From: an uncultured Victivallales bacterium
GTDB taxonomy: Bacteria; Verrucomicrobiota; Kiritimatiellia; UBA8416; CAYOBW01
Reading direction: 5' to 3'
Length of the DNA stretch: 64,000 nucleotides
NCBI GenBank assembly: GCA_964555035.1
Contig: CAZKRK010000002.1
Span: forward strand, 1,968-65,967
In this document: positions 17,743 through 27,450 of the stretch, in pieces
Layout of the letters: each line of letters opens with the position of its first letter
Numbering within the stretch: the first letter of the stretch is position 1
Notes under the pieces: model-generated
Databases searched by the model: none
Told to the model about the DNA's origin: nothing
Seen by the model: only the letters and a program-made list of their open reading frames with translations
Program-made: the position numbers and the translations under genes

Positions 17743-18840
17743 TCAGTGGCGTTCTGCGTTTTCAGTAGAATTGGTTTTGGCGCAGTCCTCTGCCAGTGCG
17801 GCCTTGAATACCTCCAAATTGCCTCCGTGAAAATCGTAGCCGTGTTCCGGGGACTTCTCGATAATTCCCTGCTGTACGTCTATGGCTTCCTCGATCTTGC
17901 CATTCATGAACAGCGCCATCGCGTATCTATCCAGAACAAAATCATCTTGGCTCCCAGCCTCTGTCTGCGCAACAAGGGTCATGGCTTTCAGAGCGATTTC
18001 GTAGTCTCGGTTGACGTCTTCATCGAAGACCCCCTCCAAGATCCCTCGTGCCAACTCTTCAATGGGTCTCGAGGCGCCGAGATCAAGGATCTCTTCGGCA
18101 ATCGGCCGGGACTCCTCGAAAGATGCTCCATCCTTTACAGCGTCAAAGTACTTGGCGAACAGCTCCCGGTTCTTCTGTAGGAGTTGCGCGTCCTTCTGGT
18201 GTACGGTCTGCTTCTCAGCGTTAGCCTTGGCGAGTGCTTCGGTGTCAAGTGTGCCGTCGACCGCCTGCGACAGGACACTGTCCATTGTCCCAGGATGCCC
18301 GAACCAAGCGACACGGCCCTTGTTGTCCACGATAAATGCCGTCGGGATGCTCCTTTGATTAAACGCCTTCAGATACGCGTCGGCAACCTTCTTTTCCGGG
18401 TCGATCGCGACGGTATAGCCCATCGCCTCTCCCTGCTCTGTTACGAAGGCCCTCACCTTTGCGAGATTCTCCTCTGAAGTGATGCCGATGACGGTAACGC
18501 CCCTATCCTTGAGCTTCTTCTGTAGCGCGGTCAGGTGGGGCATGCTCTTCTTACAGGGCCCGCACCAGGTCGCCCAGAACTCCACGACATAGACCTTGCC
18601 CTCTTCAAAGGTAACCGGTTCGCCCTTGATATAGGTCAGCCCGTCCAGCGGGGCGGCCTTGTCACCCAGCGTGGCCACCGTATCAGTAGTTTGAGTTGGT
18701 GCCGGTTCAGCTGCTGTCGGTTCCACGATAGCGGCTGCGTCAGTATCGGCCGGGGTTGGCAGCGGCGCCGGATCTCTCTTGCTGCATCCGGCTACCAGCG
18801 CGCCAGCTGTGCATAGAACAATGGTAACGGTGTATTTCAC
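17743..18840 (-). CDS. Thioredoxin-fold lipoprotein (TlpA/ResA-like thiol:disulfide oxidoreductase) with a C-terminal helical domain
   Basis: Lipoprotein signal MKYTVTIVLCTAGALVAGCS. The EFWATWCGPCKKSMPHL block carries the CxxC active site of TlpA-like thioredoxins. Confidence 0.8.
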   Translation of the reverse strand: MKYTVTIVLCTAGALVAGCSKRDPAPLPTPADTDAAAIVEPTAAEPAPTQTTDTVATLGDKAAPLDGLTYIKGEPVTFEEGKVYVVEFWATWCGPCKKSMPHLTALQKKLKDRGVTVIGITSEENLAKVRAFVTEQGEAMGYTVAIDPEKKVADAYLKAFNQRSIPTAFIVDNKGRVAWFGHPGTMDSVLSQAVDGTLDTEALAKANAEKQTVHQKDAQLLQKNRELFAKYFDAVKDGASFEESRPIAEEILDLGASRPIEELARGILEGVFDEDVNRDYEIALKAMTLVAQTEAGSQDDFVLDRYAMALFMNGKIEEAIDVQQGIIEKSPEHGYDFHGGNLEVFKAALAEDCAKTNSTENAERH

Positions 18841-18872
18841 TTCACATCCTCCCGTGTATCATCGAAGCATAT

Positions 18873-20423
18873 TCAATTGCGTAGTTTCACCGCGGTCTTG
18901 GCGGCCTCGCTCTTCCACCATCGCGGCACCCGGCCAGCCGAGCGTGCTTTCGCGCTGGTCCTGTCGGCGAGCTTGTACTCAAAGTCGTCCGGAACGTTCT
19001 TGGTTTCAGGATCGTACTTCGGGTTCGGGTCCGTCGGTACAGGGGCCGCCGTCTCTCTCCGCCACTCCTTCATCATCCCGTGCAGGCGTGCGACCTCCGC
19101 GGGGTGTTTCTCCGCAACGTTGTTCTGCTCGGAGATGTCTTCTTTCAGGTTGTAGAGTTCGAGCTTCCCGTCCTCGAAGTACTCCATTAGCTTCCAGTCG
19201 CCATGACGGATGACGCCAACCGGCGTGGTGCGGAAATAGGGTGAGATGGAGTCCGGGCTGCTGAGTCCCGTTTCGTAAGCGCTGTAGGTTGGAAAATGCC
19301 AGTAGAGCGCACGATTGGGCAGAGCTTCGCCCCTGAGCGCCGGCATCAGGCTTATGCCGTCAATCGGCTGAGCGCCTTCAGGAAGTGCCGTTCCGGTATA
19401 CTCGAGAACCGTTGGGTAGATATCCACCTGGTGGACCGGCGCCTCATTCACGCTGCCCGCCCTGGTAATACCCGGACAACGCACAAAGAAGGGCTCGCGA
19501 ATCCCGCCCTCGTAGTACATCGCTTTCCTGCCACGTAACGGCCTGGCCGTGGAGACCCTGCCGTGTGGACCATTGTCTGATGTGAAGATCACCATCGTGT
19601 TGTCGGCAAGTCCAGACTCATCCAGGTAGGCAAGCACATCACCCACGGCCTGATCCATACCCTCCACCATAGCCGCATAGGTCACGTGGAAGTGATTCTC
19701 CGCCGCCGGCTTCTTCTCGTACTTCTTAGCCAGATCATGGCGAGCGCCAAACGGGCCGTGAACCGAGTAAAACGACAGGTAGACGAAGAACGGTCCGCCA
19801 TCCTTCTTCTCCTTCATCCATTTGCACGCCTCCCTGGCCAAGCGGTCCGGCAAATGCTCGCCTTCCGGTCCGTCAGGCAGATTCCTGTTCTCGTAGGGAG
19901 AGAAATAGGATCTCGGAAACCCACTCCCATGACCGCCGATGTTGATATCAAAGCCATGCTTGGTCGGGTCGGAATCGAGATGCCACTTTCCCACGTGGCA
20001 GGTCTGATAGCCGTTCGCCTTGAGGGCTTCGGCCATGGTGACCAACTCGGGTTTAAGCTTGCTCCGTCCTCTGGAAGATATCAGCTTGCGCCGTGTGATC
20101 GGCCCCAGGAACCTGGACTTAGCCACGGTGTAGACTTCGGTGCGCGGCGAGTAGGCGCCGGTCAGGAGGGCGGCCCGGGACGGAGCACAGTTGGCGGCCG
20201 CCGCATAGCCATCGGTGAACACCATGCCCTCTTTCGAAAACCGGTCCAGATTGGGTGTCTCGTAGTAGTCCGAGCCCTGGCAGGCCAGATCCGTATAGCC
20301 AAGATCGTCTGCATAAAGAATGAGGACATTCGGCCTGCCTGCCTTCGCGGGATCGTCCGCCGCCCGGAGCGTGGTAACGGAGAAGAGGGCTATCCCAACG
20401 ACAAGTCTTACTACTGTCTTCAT
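18873..20423 (-). CDS. Formylglycine-dependent sulfatase (S1 family)
   Basis: Track ORF 18873..20483. The start MKTVVRLVVGIALFSVTTLRA (signal peptide) is at 20423 and overlaps the upstream sulfatase stop by 4 nt. Signature residues: PNVLILYADDLGYTD, ANCAPSRAALLTG, GKWHLDSD. Confidence 0.85.
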   Translation of the reverse strand: MKTVVRLVVGIALFSVTTLRAADDPAKAGRPNVLILYADDLGYTDLACQGSDYYETPNLDRFSKEGMVFTDGYAAAANCAPSRAALLTGAYSPRTEVYTVAKSRFLGPITRRKLISSRGRSKLKPELVTMAEALKANGYQTCHVGKWHLDSDPTKHGFDINIGGHGSGFPRSYFSPYENRNLPDGPEGEHLPDRLAREACKWMKEKKDGGPFFVYLSFYSVHGPFGARHDLAKKYEKKPAAENHFHVTYAAMVEGMDQAVGDVLAYLDESGLADNTMVIFTSDNGPHGRVSTARPLRGRKAMYYEGGIREPFFVRCPGITRAGSVNEAPVHQVDIYPTVLEYTGTALPEGAQPIDGISLMPALRGEALPNRALYWHFPTYSAYETGLSSPDSISPYFRTTPVGVIRHGDWKLMEYFEDGKLELYNLKEDISEQNNVAEKHPAEVARLHGMMKEWRRETAAPVPTDPNPKYDPETKNVPDDFEYKLADRTSAKARSAGRVPRWWKSEAAKTAVKLRN

Positions 20424-21781
20424 TTTGCGCCGCTCCCATGCTTCATGCGCGCGAGGCCTGTGTCTTTCGTGTCGGCAATCCATCCGTCAAGTAATCCACG
20501 CAGTCTCGCGATTGTGGCCCGATGCTCGGCAGCCCCGATCCCTCCTTCGCCTTGCAGGCTACGGCGGGCAAGCAGGTTGGTGACCTCATGCGGGTCCGAC
20601 TGAAGATCGTAGAATTCCTCTTTCGGTTTCGTTGTCGCCAGGATGAGTTTCTGGGCAGCGGTGAGCTTGCCCTGGGCATCCAGCTTCTTGATGACCGACA
20701 GCATCGGGCGATGTTTTTGGACATATCCGCACTCCCGATACCCAAGCTCCGGTTTGTAGTTGCGGATGTACTTGAAGCGCTTCGTTCTGACACAACGAAT
20801 CACATCCCGGACATTGTCAATCTTGTCCCGCGCCGCGAAGATATGGTCGCGCGTCTGTGCGCGCGGCCCCAGGATGGGGTGACCGTCGAGATACGTGGGC
20901 AGCTCGACGCCCGCGATGTCCAGGATCGTCGCCGAAACATCGATCATGCTGACCATGTCGTCGCTGACCGTGTTCGGCTCGATTCGACCCGGCCAGCGGA
21001 TGATGAGCGGGACGCGCAACCCGGCATCGTAGAGCCAGCACTTGCCACGCAGGTGACAGCGGCCGTTGTCGCCGATGAAGATCACCACGGTATTATCGGC
21101 GATTCCTTCCTCCTCGAGGCGGTCAAGAATCTCGCCGACCAGAGAATCCGCCTTCTGCATGGCATCCAGATACGTTGCCCAGTCCATTCGCACTGCCGGG
21201 TGGTCGGGAAAATAGGGCGGCAGCTCCACCTCATCGGGATTCACCGGATTGTCCGACTTTTCACGAGCAATCGCCCAGCTCATGTTGTCATGCGTGATCT
21301 TCTTATGGTTATTGTCCTTGCGGTGAGTGATGAGCAGCGTCGTCTGAGCGAAGAAGGGCTGTCCCGCTTTTCGTCTCTTCCAGTCCGGTCCGTCAAAGAG
21401 GTACTTGACCTTGAAGTTGAGATCTGTTTTCCCGTGATAGCCACAACTATTCGCCGTGTAGTAGCCGGCCTCCTGAAGGAGGTGCGTAATGGGCTTCATG
21501 CCTTCCGGCAGCACGATCCCGCGGCGGCGCTGATCCTGCGTGTCCGTCCGGGTCTGGTAAACGCCGGTCATCATCGCATTCCGCGACGGCGTGCAGGATG
21601 GCGCTGTGCAGAATGCGTGTGTATAGCGCGCACCCTCTGCTGCCAGCGCGTCCAGCACCGGTGTCTTGACGGCCGGATGACCGTAGCAGGCCAGCTCGGT
21701 ACTGATATCCTTCGCCATGATCAGCACGATGTTGGGCTCCTTGTCCGCCCACGCCGCGGCGCATACGCACAGGGACAGCAA
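20420..21781 (-). CDS. Formylglycine-dependent sulfatase (S1 family), paralog of the sulfatase domain encoded at 30600-31932
   Basis: PNIVLIMAKDISTELACYGHP, CTAPSCTPSRNAMMTG (C-x-P-x-R), GDNGRCHLRGKCW. The track start is an apparent TTG and the signal peptide looks N-truncated (LLSLCVCAAAWA), so the start is uncertain. Only 33 nt separate it from the stop of the CotH giant. Confidence 0.75.
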   Translation of the reverse strand: MLSLCVCAAAWADKEPNIVLIMAKDISTELACYGHPAVKTPVLDALAAEGARYTHAFCTAPSCTPSRNAMMTGVYQTRTDTQDQRRRGIVLPEGMKPITHLLQEAGYYTANSCGYHGKTDLNFKVKYLFDGPDWKRRKAGQPFFAQTTLLITHRKDNNHKKITHDNMSWAIAREKSDNPVNPDEVELPPYFPDHPAVRMDWATYLDAMQKADSLVGEILDRLEEEGIADNTVVIFIGDNGRCHLRGKCWLYDAGLRVPLIIRWPGRIEPNTVSDDMVSMIDVSATILDIAGVELPTYLDGHPILGPRAQTRDHIFAARDKIDNVRDVIRCVRTKRFKYIRNYKPELGYRECGYVQKHRPMLSVIKKLDAQGKLTAAQKLILATTKPKEEFYDLQSDPHEVTNLLARRSLQGEGGIGAAEHRATIARLRGLLDGWIADTKDTGLARMKHGSGAK

Positions 21782-21814
21782 GATGCATAGTCTGAGTTCT
21801 CTCGCTTCATATCC

Positions 21815-24800
21815 TCACTGCTCCACGCTGATACGATAGAATGCGGCGGGAATGCTATCCTGCCCAACCGTGTGAACGTTTTCGGGTGGCGTGGCGGGCA
21901 AGGGACCCGCCTTGGCATCGCCCAGCGGCTGTGCAAGATTCGTCCCCCGCCAGATACGATAGAAACGACCTGACGCACTGTGCCACCTCAAAACACAGTC
22001 CGATCCGCCGGCTTCCAGAGAGTCTATGGAGAAAACGGACATCGCGTTGGTGGGGTCTGTCCCCGCGTACCACTCCTCACGGTTGCTGGCCCCGTCCCCG
22101 TCGCGATCTTCGTCACTGCCGCCGTTTACGGCGTTTGTACTCCCGAAATGCGTGATCTCCCACGTGTCGGGCATACCGTCACCATCCCGGTCGCTGTTGT
22201 CAACTGCTGCCACCCCCGGGGTCGGGCCATTCGTGCTTGCCGCCCAGCTCACGCCGTCATTGGCGTACGCCAACAGTTCGACGCGCAAGAGCGAACTGCC
22301 GCCCCCATCGGGTTCGGTCGGCCACGGCGCTTTGCTATCGTAGTCGACCCACTCGACCGGGATCCACGGGATATCGCCCGTGACGGGATCCGGGTCCCCG
22401 GGGCGTTTGAGGGAGAGCCTTTCACCCGCATTGTTCAGCATGCCCTCATAGGGACTCAGAACACGCGTTCCCGAGGGGACCGTGTACATGTTCGTGAAAG
22501 CCGCGGCATTTGTCGGCGCCACGAGCAGCGTTTCGCCCGCGGCCATCACCACTCCCGTTGGCATGGAAAAGCGAACCGCACCCCGCAACCGCCACGTATT
22601 CGATGGGTACGAAACGTCGTAGAGCGGCACACTGGTGTCCGCCGTGTTGTGCAACTCAATGAATTCAAACGCGTTGCTGTCTGACGGATGATAATGGATC
22701 TCGCTGATTACCACCGGCCCGACCCGCGGGGCGGTATTCCCGCTTCCGGAACTCTGCGCACGCATGGGCGCGAAATCGACGGTGCCGTCGCGGCAAAGGT
22801 GGCGCCCGTACGTCTCGTCGCGCGGGGCCGCCTCGAACTCGCGGTAGTCGCGGTAGCCGGTCATAACCCCGGACTCACCCGAGGTCAGGCAGACGGCATC
22901 CCCCAACTCACTGAAAGCAAAGCCGTTGGTCGCGACGGCATTGGTGCCGAAATGGGCATGTTCGGTCAGCACCGCGTAGCTGCCGGGCAGAATCGCCGCC
23001 ACGTTGCTCACCGCGATCTTCGTTGGTTCGTCCTCGTCGTCGCTGAGAAACCAACCATTGATGTCGAGCGTGTTCGTGCCGGCGTTGTACAACTCGATCC
23101 AGTCACCGGGATTGTCATGGTCCTGGTGCGAGAGCACCTCGTTGATCACCAGGGAATCCGCACTGATGAACGCCTCGGGCGCCCTCCCGGGCGTTCCGCC
23201 CGTTCGGGCGCTGGCACGCCAGGACGAAGCGTTGCTCCAGGCGCCGGCATCGGCCTGGGCGTCGAGAAGCGTAAGCGAGAAATCATCGCCATCTGTCAGA
23301 ACATACCAGTCATCGTCGTAGCGGAAGGACTGGATGGTACGCTCGGCGCCGTCGCGCAGCGCCAGTGTTTCGCCCGCATCGTCGAGCGCACCCGGCAGGA
23401 AGAAGCGTCCCCTGTACTCGCCGGCGATGTTCGTCGTGTGCCAATTCGTGTGACGGCTCTTGAACCCATCGATATCCTGGACAAGAACAACGTACTCGCC
23501 GGGATCCAGGGTGGCGACATCGCCTTCCGTGAAGTCAAAGCGAATGCCGTTGGTGAACGCGATTCCGGCCAGGCCGACGGTCTGTGTTCCCGTGTTGAGA
23601 AGCTCGATGAACTCGTGACTGTTCGCCGTAAGGTTCGACTGCGCCGGACTGGGCGCGGCGGGATGGTACATGATTTCGGTCACGCGCAGAGTGGTAGGTG
23701 TGTCGATGGTAAAGACGGCCTCGGTCAGCGCGCTCCAGACACCTCCGGCGCCAAAGGCGCGGGCCTTGACCACGGTGTTGCGGGTGAGCGGAAGGGGGGT
23801 GCTGTAGAGGGCGCCCGCGATGCCGCCACCTATCGCGCGCGGGTCGCTGCCGTCGAGCGTGTAGTAGACGCTATCCGTGGACGAAATGCTCAGCGCGAAA
23901 CCGCTCGTGAAGAGTCCCCCGTGCTGCGCGAACACAGGCGCCGCCACGCCCGGGTACAACCCCGCTCCCTTCAGTTGGTTTAACACAATCTCTGTTCGGG
24001 ACTCATGAGCAGCCCTGATGTAGTGGTTGAGAATACTGTCAACGACGGGCAGCCAGTCATCGTCGCGCGTGTACGGATTGTGGATAGTTACGGCGTCACC
24101 CCAGCGAGCCGACTCCGCAATGACCGCGAGATCGATTTCGGCTTTGCGCTTGCTGAAGAGCGCTCCAGCGACGTCCGGCGTGAGCACGCCATCATTGAGG
24201 AAATGCCGATGAATGCGATCGGCAAGGCGCATCTTGTACTCGGTATTACCCGTTAGTTTTACATGCAGCCACCAAGGATTGAAGTTCTCTCGTTCGTCGA
24301 GTGACGGACCAAGCTGAACCGAGACACGATTGATGGTAAGGGCATCCGCTTGGCTCACCTCCAGCGAAAACTCCGAATCGTGGGCGATATACTGGAAACC
24401 GACCGGGTCGTTGCGATTGAACACCGCGATACAGTTGCGAGGCTGATCGACTGAGCCGGGAGGCCCGAGTGGTGAATCGCGGTTACCGGTGTAGAAGACG
24501 GTCAGCATGTAATCTATCACGTTGTCGACGTCAAGATAGCAGGGGTAGTCGGGGTTGCGTGTACCGTCCGCGTTCATGCCCTGCAGCCGGAAGTAGACGG
24601 CATTATCGGTGACCCCGTCGTCGATCCCATCCCTGAACCGACCGCAATAAGCGTTCGTAGTGCCATCTGCCGCATACATCCGCCCCGAGCCGGCGTCCGC
24701 CTTGACCGTGTCGTAGTCATCGGAATCGCCGCCGAAGTAGGATTCGCCGAAGCGTGCATCGGGGCGTTCCTCGGACTGGTACAGCCCCCAGTACACCCCG

Positions 24801-26764
24801 TTGAGATAGAGGTGGTAGTAGCGACTGCGCGCATACGGCTGCCCCATTTCGCGGTGTACATCGCGCGTGAAGACGTCGTATAGCCAGGTAGCATACTGGG
24901 TATTCATGAACGCCCATGAGAAGTTCTGCCCTGTCCGCAGATCGAGACGCTTGTACGAATCCGCGCCCTCGTCACCAAACAGATCATACCGTAACCGAGG
25001 GGTGCCATACTCGGTCCTGAAGAACAGGCGGAACGAGTGCTTCGGATTGCCGGTCATTCGGCTCACACCACCCCGAATGCGCATTCCCCCGTCAATCTGA
25101 AACCCATCGCTTCCGTCAGGATGAAGCAGCTCCACGGACACGTCCCGCTCCCAACCCCTTCCGTCCTGCCAGGGATTCATGTAAATGCCGGTCATTTCAT
25201 CGAAGAAGTTACCCAGCTCGGAGACTAGCGATATGCTGGGTATGGCACGCAGAGCATCCACCATCAATCCGGAGTAACGCGAATCGTTCACGACATCCGG
25301 GTCCATGCCGTAGTCCATTGTCTGTCTTCCCAAGGGCTCACCCGCAGTCGGCCACTCCTCTGTGGGCCGAGTATCCGACTGCATGGCAACATCACTCGGA
25401 AAAAGGTAGGTCTGGGTGTCGATATCGCTCGGCGCGAATCCGGTCTTATAGGCCGCGGCACGCAGGATCGTCGTCCTGGCGATATGCACTGCCCCGATGT
25501 AGGCAGTCCCCGATGCGGGCGTAGGCTCAGACCCGTTGAGTGAGTAGTAGATCTCCGCACCTGCCGTCTTGCAGCTAATCGCCACATCGAATGCGTTCGA
25601 GTAAACTCCGCGCTTCACCGAGAACGTAGTGTCGGCAACATACCCATCTACTCCACTCGAATTGACCTCGCCCGGGCTGGGGGTAGTCAGAAAAGCCATA
25701 CTGGCCGGCTCCGTGTCATCGACCTTCACGCCACGCAATTCGGGAAGAATGAGTAAGTCTGAGCTATTCACAGAAGCGTTCAACCCCTGGATGGCGAGGA
25801 CATTCGTGCCGGCTACCAGTGCGGCCATAGCTGCCGGGGGAACCGTGAAGCTATCGAACCTGGACAGATTGGCTTCGTGGTTTGCGGTGGCGGAGCTGTT
25901 CCACTGCAGGAGCGCCGGGGCATTGGCTGAAGCCAATGGCACACCGTTGAGCCAGGCAGCAAAGCCATCGTCATACTGGATGCGAAAAGCCAGACTGGAG
26001 AACTCGGAGACACTCGAGACAACAAAGGGTATGCGAATGTAGGCAGACGGGGTGACGCCCCGCATCCCCCCAACATCCAGACCGATGACACCCCCGTAGC
26101 CGCTTTCATGCTCGTAGCCTGCCCCGGTCACGCCGCTCAACCAAAACGCATCATCGTAGGTGCGTTCATACCAACCTGCAACCGAGTCTATCGGAACCAG
26201 TCCCCTCGCATCACTTCCCCGGAGCACAAAGGGCGTGACATTGAGCAGGGAAGATCGGCCATAAGAGATGTCCCTGTCCTGCTTCGGGTAGTCGCTGATC
26301 ACATCGACAACCGTCACGCCGTCGGAAGCGGTGAGAACAACACTCTCGTGCTGCTCCCCATCGTTGCTGGAAAGCCTGTAGGTTGTGTGCAGGTAACCGA
26401 GAGAATCGACATACTCGTCTGTATCCTGACCCGAAGCGAACACAAGAAGATAGGCGCCCGCGGCAATGTTCGTGGAAGGAAACCGCCACTTCCGCGGATC
26501 GGTCTCATCGTCGCTCAAGTACCATCCGGTCAGATCAACCGTGTTACTGCCCGAGTTATGCAGCTCAATCCAATCCGATGACGCACCGTCGCCATCATCG
26601 ATCGTGGAACTGTTGCGCGCCATGAACTCCGTGATCAGCACGTCCGCCGACAAATACGGGACGGCGATGCAGAGAAACATCGCGTACAGGAGAGCGGATA
26701 GCGGCTGCGACCTCAGGGCCGGGAGAGATAGAGGGAGCGTTCTCAAACTTGGCATTCCTTGCAT
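21815..26764 (-). CDS. Giant secreted CotH-kinase-family protein (1649 aa) with four or more lamin-tail (LTD) domains and a C-terminal TSP3/dockerin-like calcium-binding segment
   Basis: LTD motifs: ITEFMARNSSTIDDGDGASSDWIELHNSGSNTVDLTGWYLSDD, RVTEIMYHPAAP...HEFIELLNTGTQTV, LVINEVLSHQDHDNPGDWIELYNAGTNTLDINGWFLSDD, VISEIHYHPSDSNAFEFIELHNT. CotH block: GGMRIRGGVSRMTGNPKHSFRLFFRTEYGTPRLRYDLFGDEGADSYKRLDLRTGQNFSWAFMNTQYATWLYDVFTRDVHREMGQPYARSRYYHLYLNGVYWGLYQSEERPDARF. C-terminus: DRDGDGMPDTWEITHFG...DEDRDGDGASNREEWYAGTDPTN...FYRISVEQ. Confidence 0.8.
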   Translation of the reverse strand: MQGMPSLRTLPLSLPALRSQPLSALLYAMFLCIAVPYLSADVLITEFMARNSSTIDDGDGASSDWIELHNSGSNTVDLTGWYLSDDETDPRKWRFPSTNIAAGAYLLVFASGQDTDEYVDSLGYLHTTYRLSSNDGEQHESVVLTASDGVTVVDVISDYPKQDRDISYGRSSLLNVTPFVLRGSDARGLVPIDSVAGWYERTYDDAFWLSGVTGAGYEHESGYGGVIGLDVGGMRGVTPSAYIRIPFVVSSVSEFSSLAFRIQYDDGFAAWLNGVPLASANAPALLQWNSSATANHEANLSRFDSFTVPPAAMAALVAGTNVLAIQGLNASVNSSDLLILPELRGVKVDDTEPASMAFLTTPSPGEVNSSGVDGYVADTTFSVKRGVYSNAFDVAISCKTAGAEIYYSLNGSEPTPASGTAYIGAVHIARTTILRAAAYKTGFAPSDIDTQTYLFPSDVAMQSDTRPTEEWPTAGEPLGRQTMDYGMDPDVVNDSRYSGLMVDALRAIPSISLVSELGNFFDEMTGIYMNPWQDGRGWERDVSVELLHPDGSDGFQIDGGMRIRGGVSRMTGNPKHSFRLFFRTEYGTPRLRYDLFGDEGADSYKRLDLRTGQNFSWAFMNTQYATWLYDVFTRDVHREMGQPYARSRYYHLYLNGVYWGLYQSEERPDARFGESYFGGDSDDYDTVKADAGSGRMYAADGTTNAYCGRFRDGIDDGVTDNAVYFRLQGMNADGTRNPDYPCYLDVDNVIDYMLTVFYTGNRDSPLGPPGSVDQPRNCIAVFNRNDPVGFQYIAHDSEFSLEVSQADALTINRVSVQLGPSLDERENFNPWWLHVKLTGNTEYKMRLADRIHRHFLNDGVLTPDVAGALFSKRKAEIDLAVIAESARWGDAVTIHNPYTRDDDWLPVVDSILNHYIRAAHESRTEIVLNQLKGAGLYPGVAAPVFAQHGGLFTSGFALSISSTDSVYYTLDGSDPRAIGGGIAGALYSTPLPLTRNTVVKARAFGAGGVWSALTEAVFTIDTPTTLRVTEIMYHPAAPSPAQSNLTANSHEFIELLNTGTQTVGLAGIAFTNGIRFDFTEGDVATLDPGEYVVLVQDIDGFKSRHTNWHTTNIAGEYRGRFFLPGALDDAGETLALRDGAERTIQSFRYDDDWYVLTDGDDFSLTLLDAQADAGAWSNASSWRASARTGGTPGRAPEAFISADSLVINEVLSHQDHDNPGDWIELYNAGTNTLDINGWFLSDDEDEPTKIAVSNVAAILPGSYAVLTEHAHFGTNAVATNGFAFSELGDAVCLTSGESGVMTGYRDYREFEAAPRDETYGRHLCRDGTVDFAPMRAQSSGSGNTAPRVGPVVISEIHYHPSDSNAFEFIELHNTADTSVPLYDVSYPSNTWRLRGAVRFSMPTGVVMAAGETLLVAPTNAAAFTNMYTVPSGTRVLSPYEGMLNNAGERLSLKRPGDPDPVTGDIPWIPVEWVDYDSKAPWPTEPDGGGSSLLRVELLAYANDGVSWAASTNGPTPGVAAVDNSDRDGDGMPDTWEITHFGSTNAVNGGSDEDRDGDGASNREEWYAGTDPTNAMSVFSIDSLEAGGSDCVLRWHSASGRFYRIWRGTNLAQPLGDAKAGPLPATPPENVHTVGQDSIPAAFYRISVEQ

Positions 26765-26773
26765 CTCCGGTAC

Positions 26774-27450
26774 TTATGGCATTGACACTTCAAGTCGATA
26801 GTAGCGCTTGGGCACGGCGTTGGTGTCGATCATCATGTCATTCGTGCCGGATCCCGGCCGCGGGCCCTGCCCCAATATGTTGTCCCAGTTGGTCTGCATC
26901 AGGTCATCAATGAACTGCAGGACATACACCCGTCCCGTACTGGAATCGAAACGGACCGCCATGGAATTGGTCACCAGCAAACCCGTCAGACGGAGGTAGG
27001 AATTGGAGTCGGTTGGGTCCGTATCCGCAATGTACTCCTGAAGGTCCGAGTGTGGGTCACTGTCATGGGCCGTCGTGTCGTTGGCGTTGGTTGTGCTGCC
27101 CCAATACAGCAGCTCCCACGTATCGTCTATGCTGTCCCCGTCATCGGGCGGAAAGCCACCCGCATCTACTGTAAACCCGAAGTTGAGGTTCCCGACCCAG
27201 CAGCAGTTGGCGCCGGATTCCTCGGTGATGGTGCAGACGGTCTGCGGCGCGGTGAACACGTAATTATCGACGTCGGCGCCCAGACTATCACCGCCCACGC
27301 TCCAGGTACCCGAACTGAACCAGTCGAAATCAAGTCCCGTAAACCCGGCAAATGTCAGGCCGGTGGTCTCCGTTGCGGCAGCCCCATTCAGGCCGTAAAC
27401 CGCATTGCTCACTGAAAAGACCAAAGTCTCGTAGCTGTCGATGCGTTTCG
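26774..27450 (-). repeat. Direct DNA repeat (about 0.7 kb, high identity) encoding the C-terminal domain plus the end of the last module. The closest copy is at 32138-32830. Lower-identity copies lie at 36994-37450, 43486-43930 and 50250-50700.
   Basis: By eye, 27100-27300 and 32480-32700 are about 90% identical or better (example shared string: ccagcagcagttggcgccggattcctcggtgatggtgcagacggtctgcggcgc). The antisense ORFs in the track are near-duplicates: 27075..27263 versus 32376..32636, both ending QQQLAPDSSVMVQTVCGAVNT, and 27166..27351 versus 32539..32724. Confidence 0.7.

Noticed and set aside
20522-21790. 422-aa plus-strand ORF
   Set aside because: It is antisense to the sulfatase 20420-21781.
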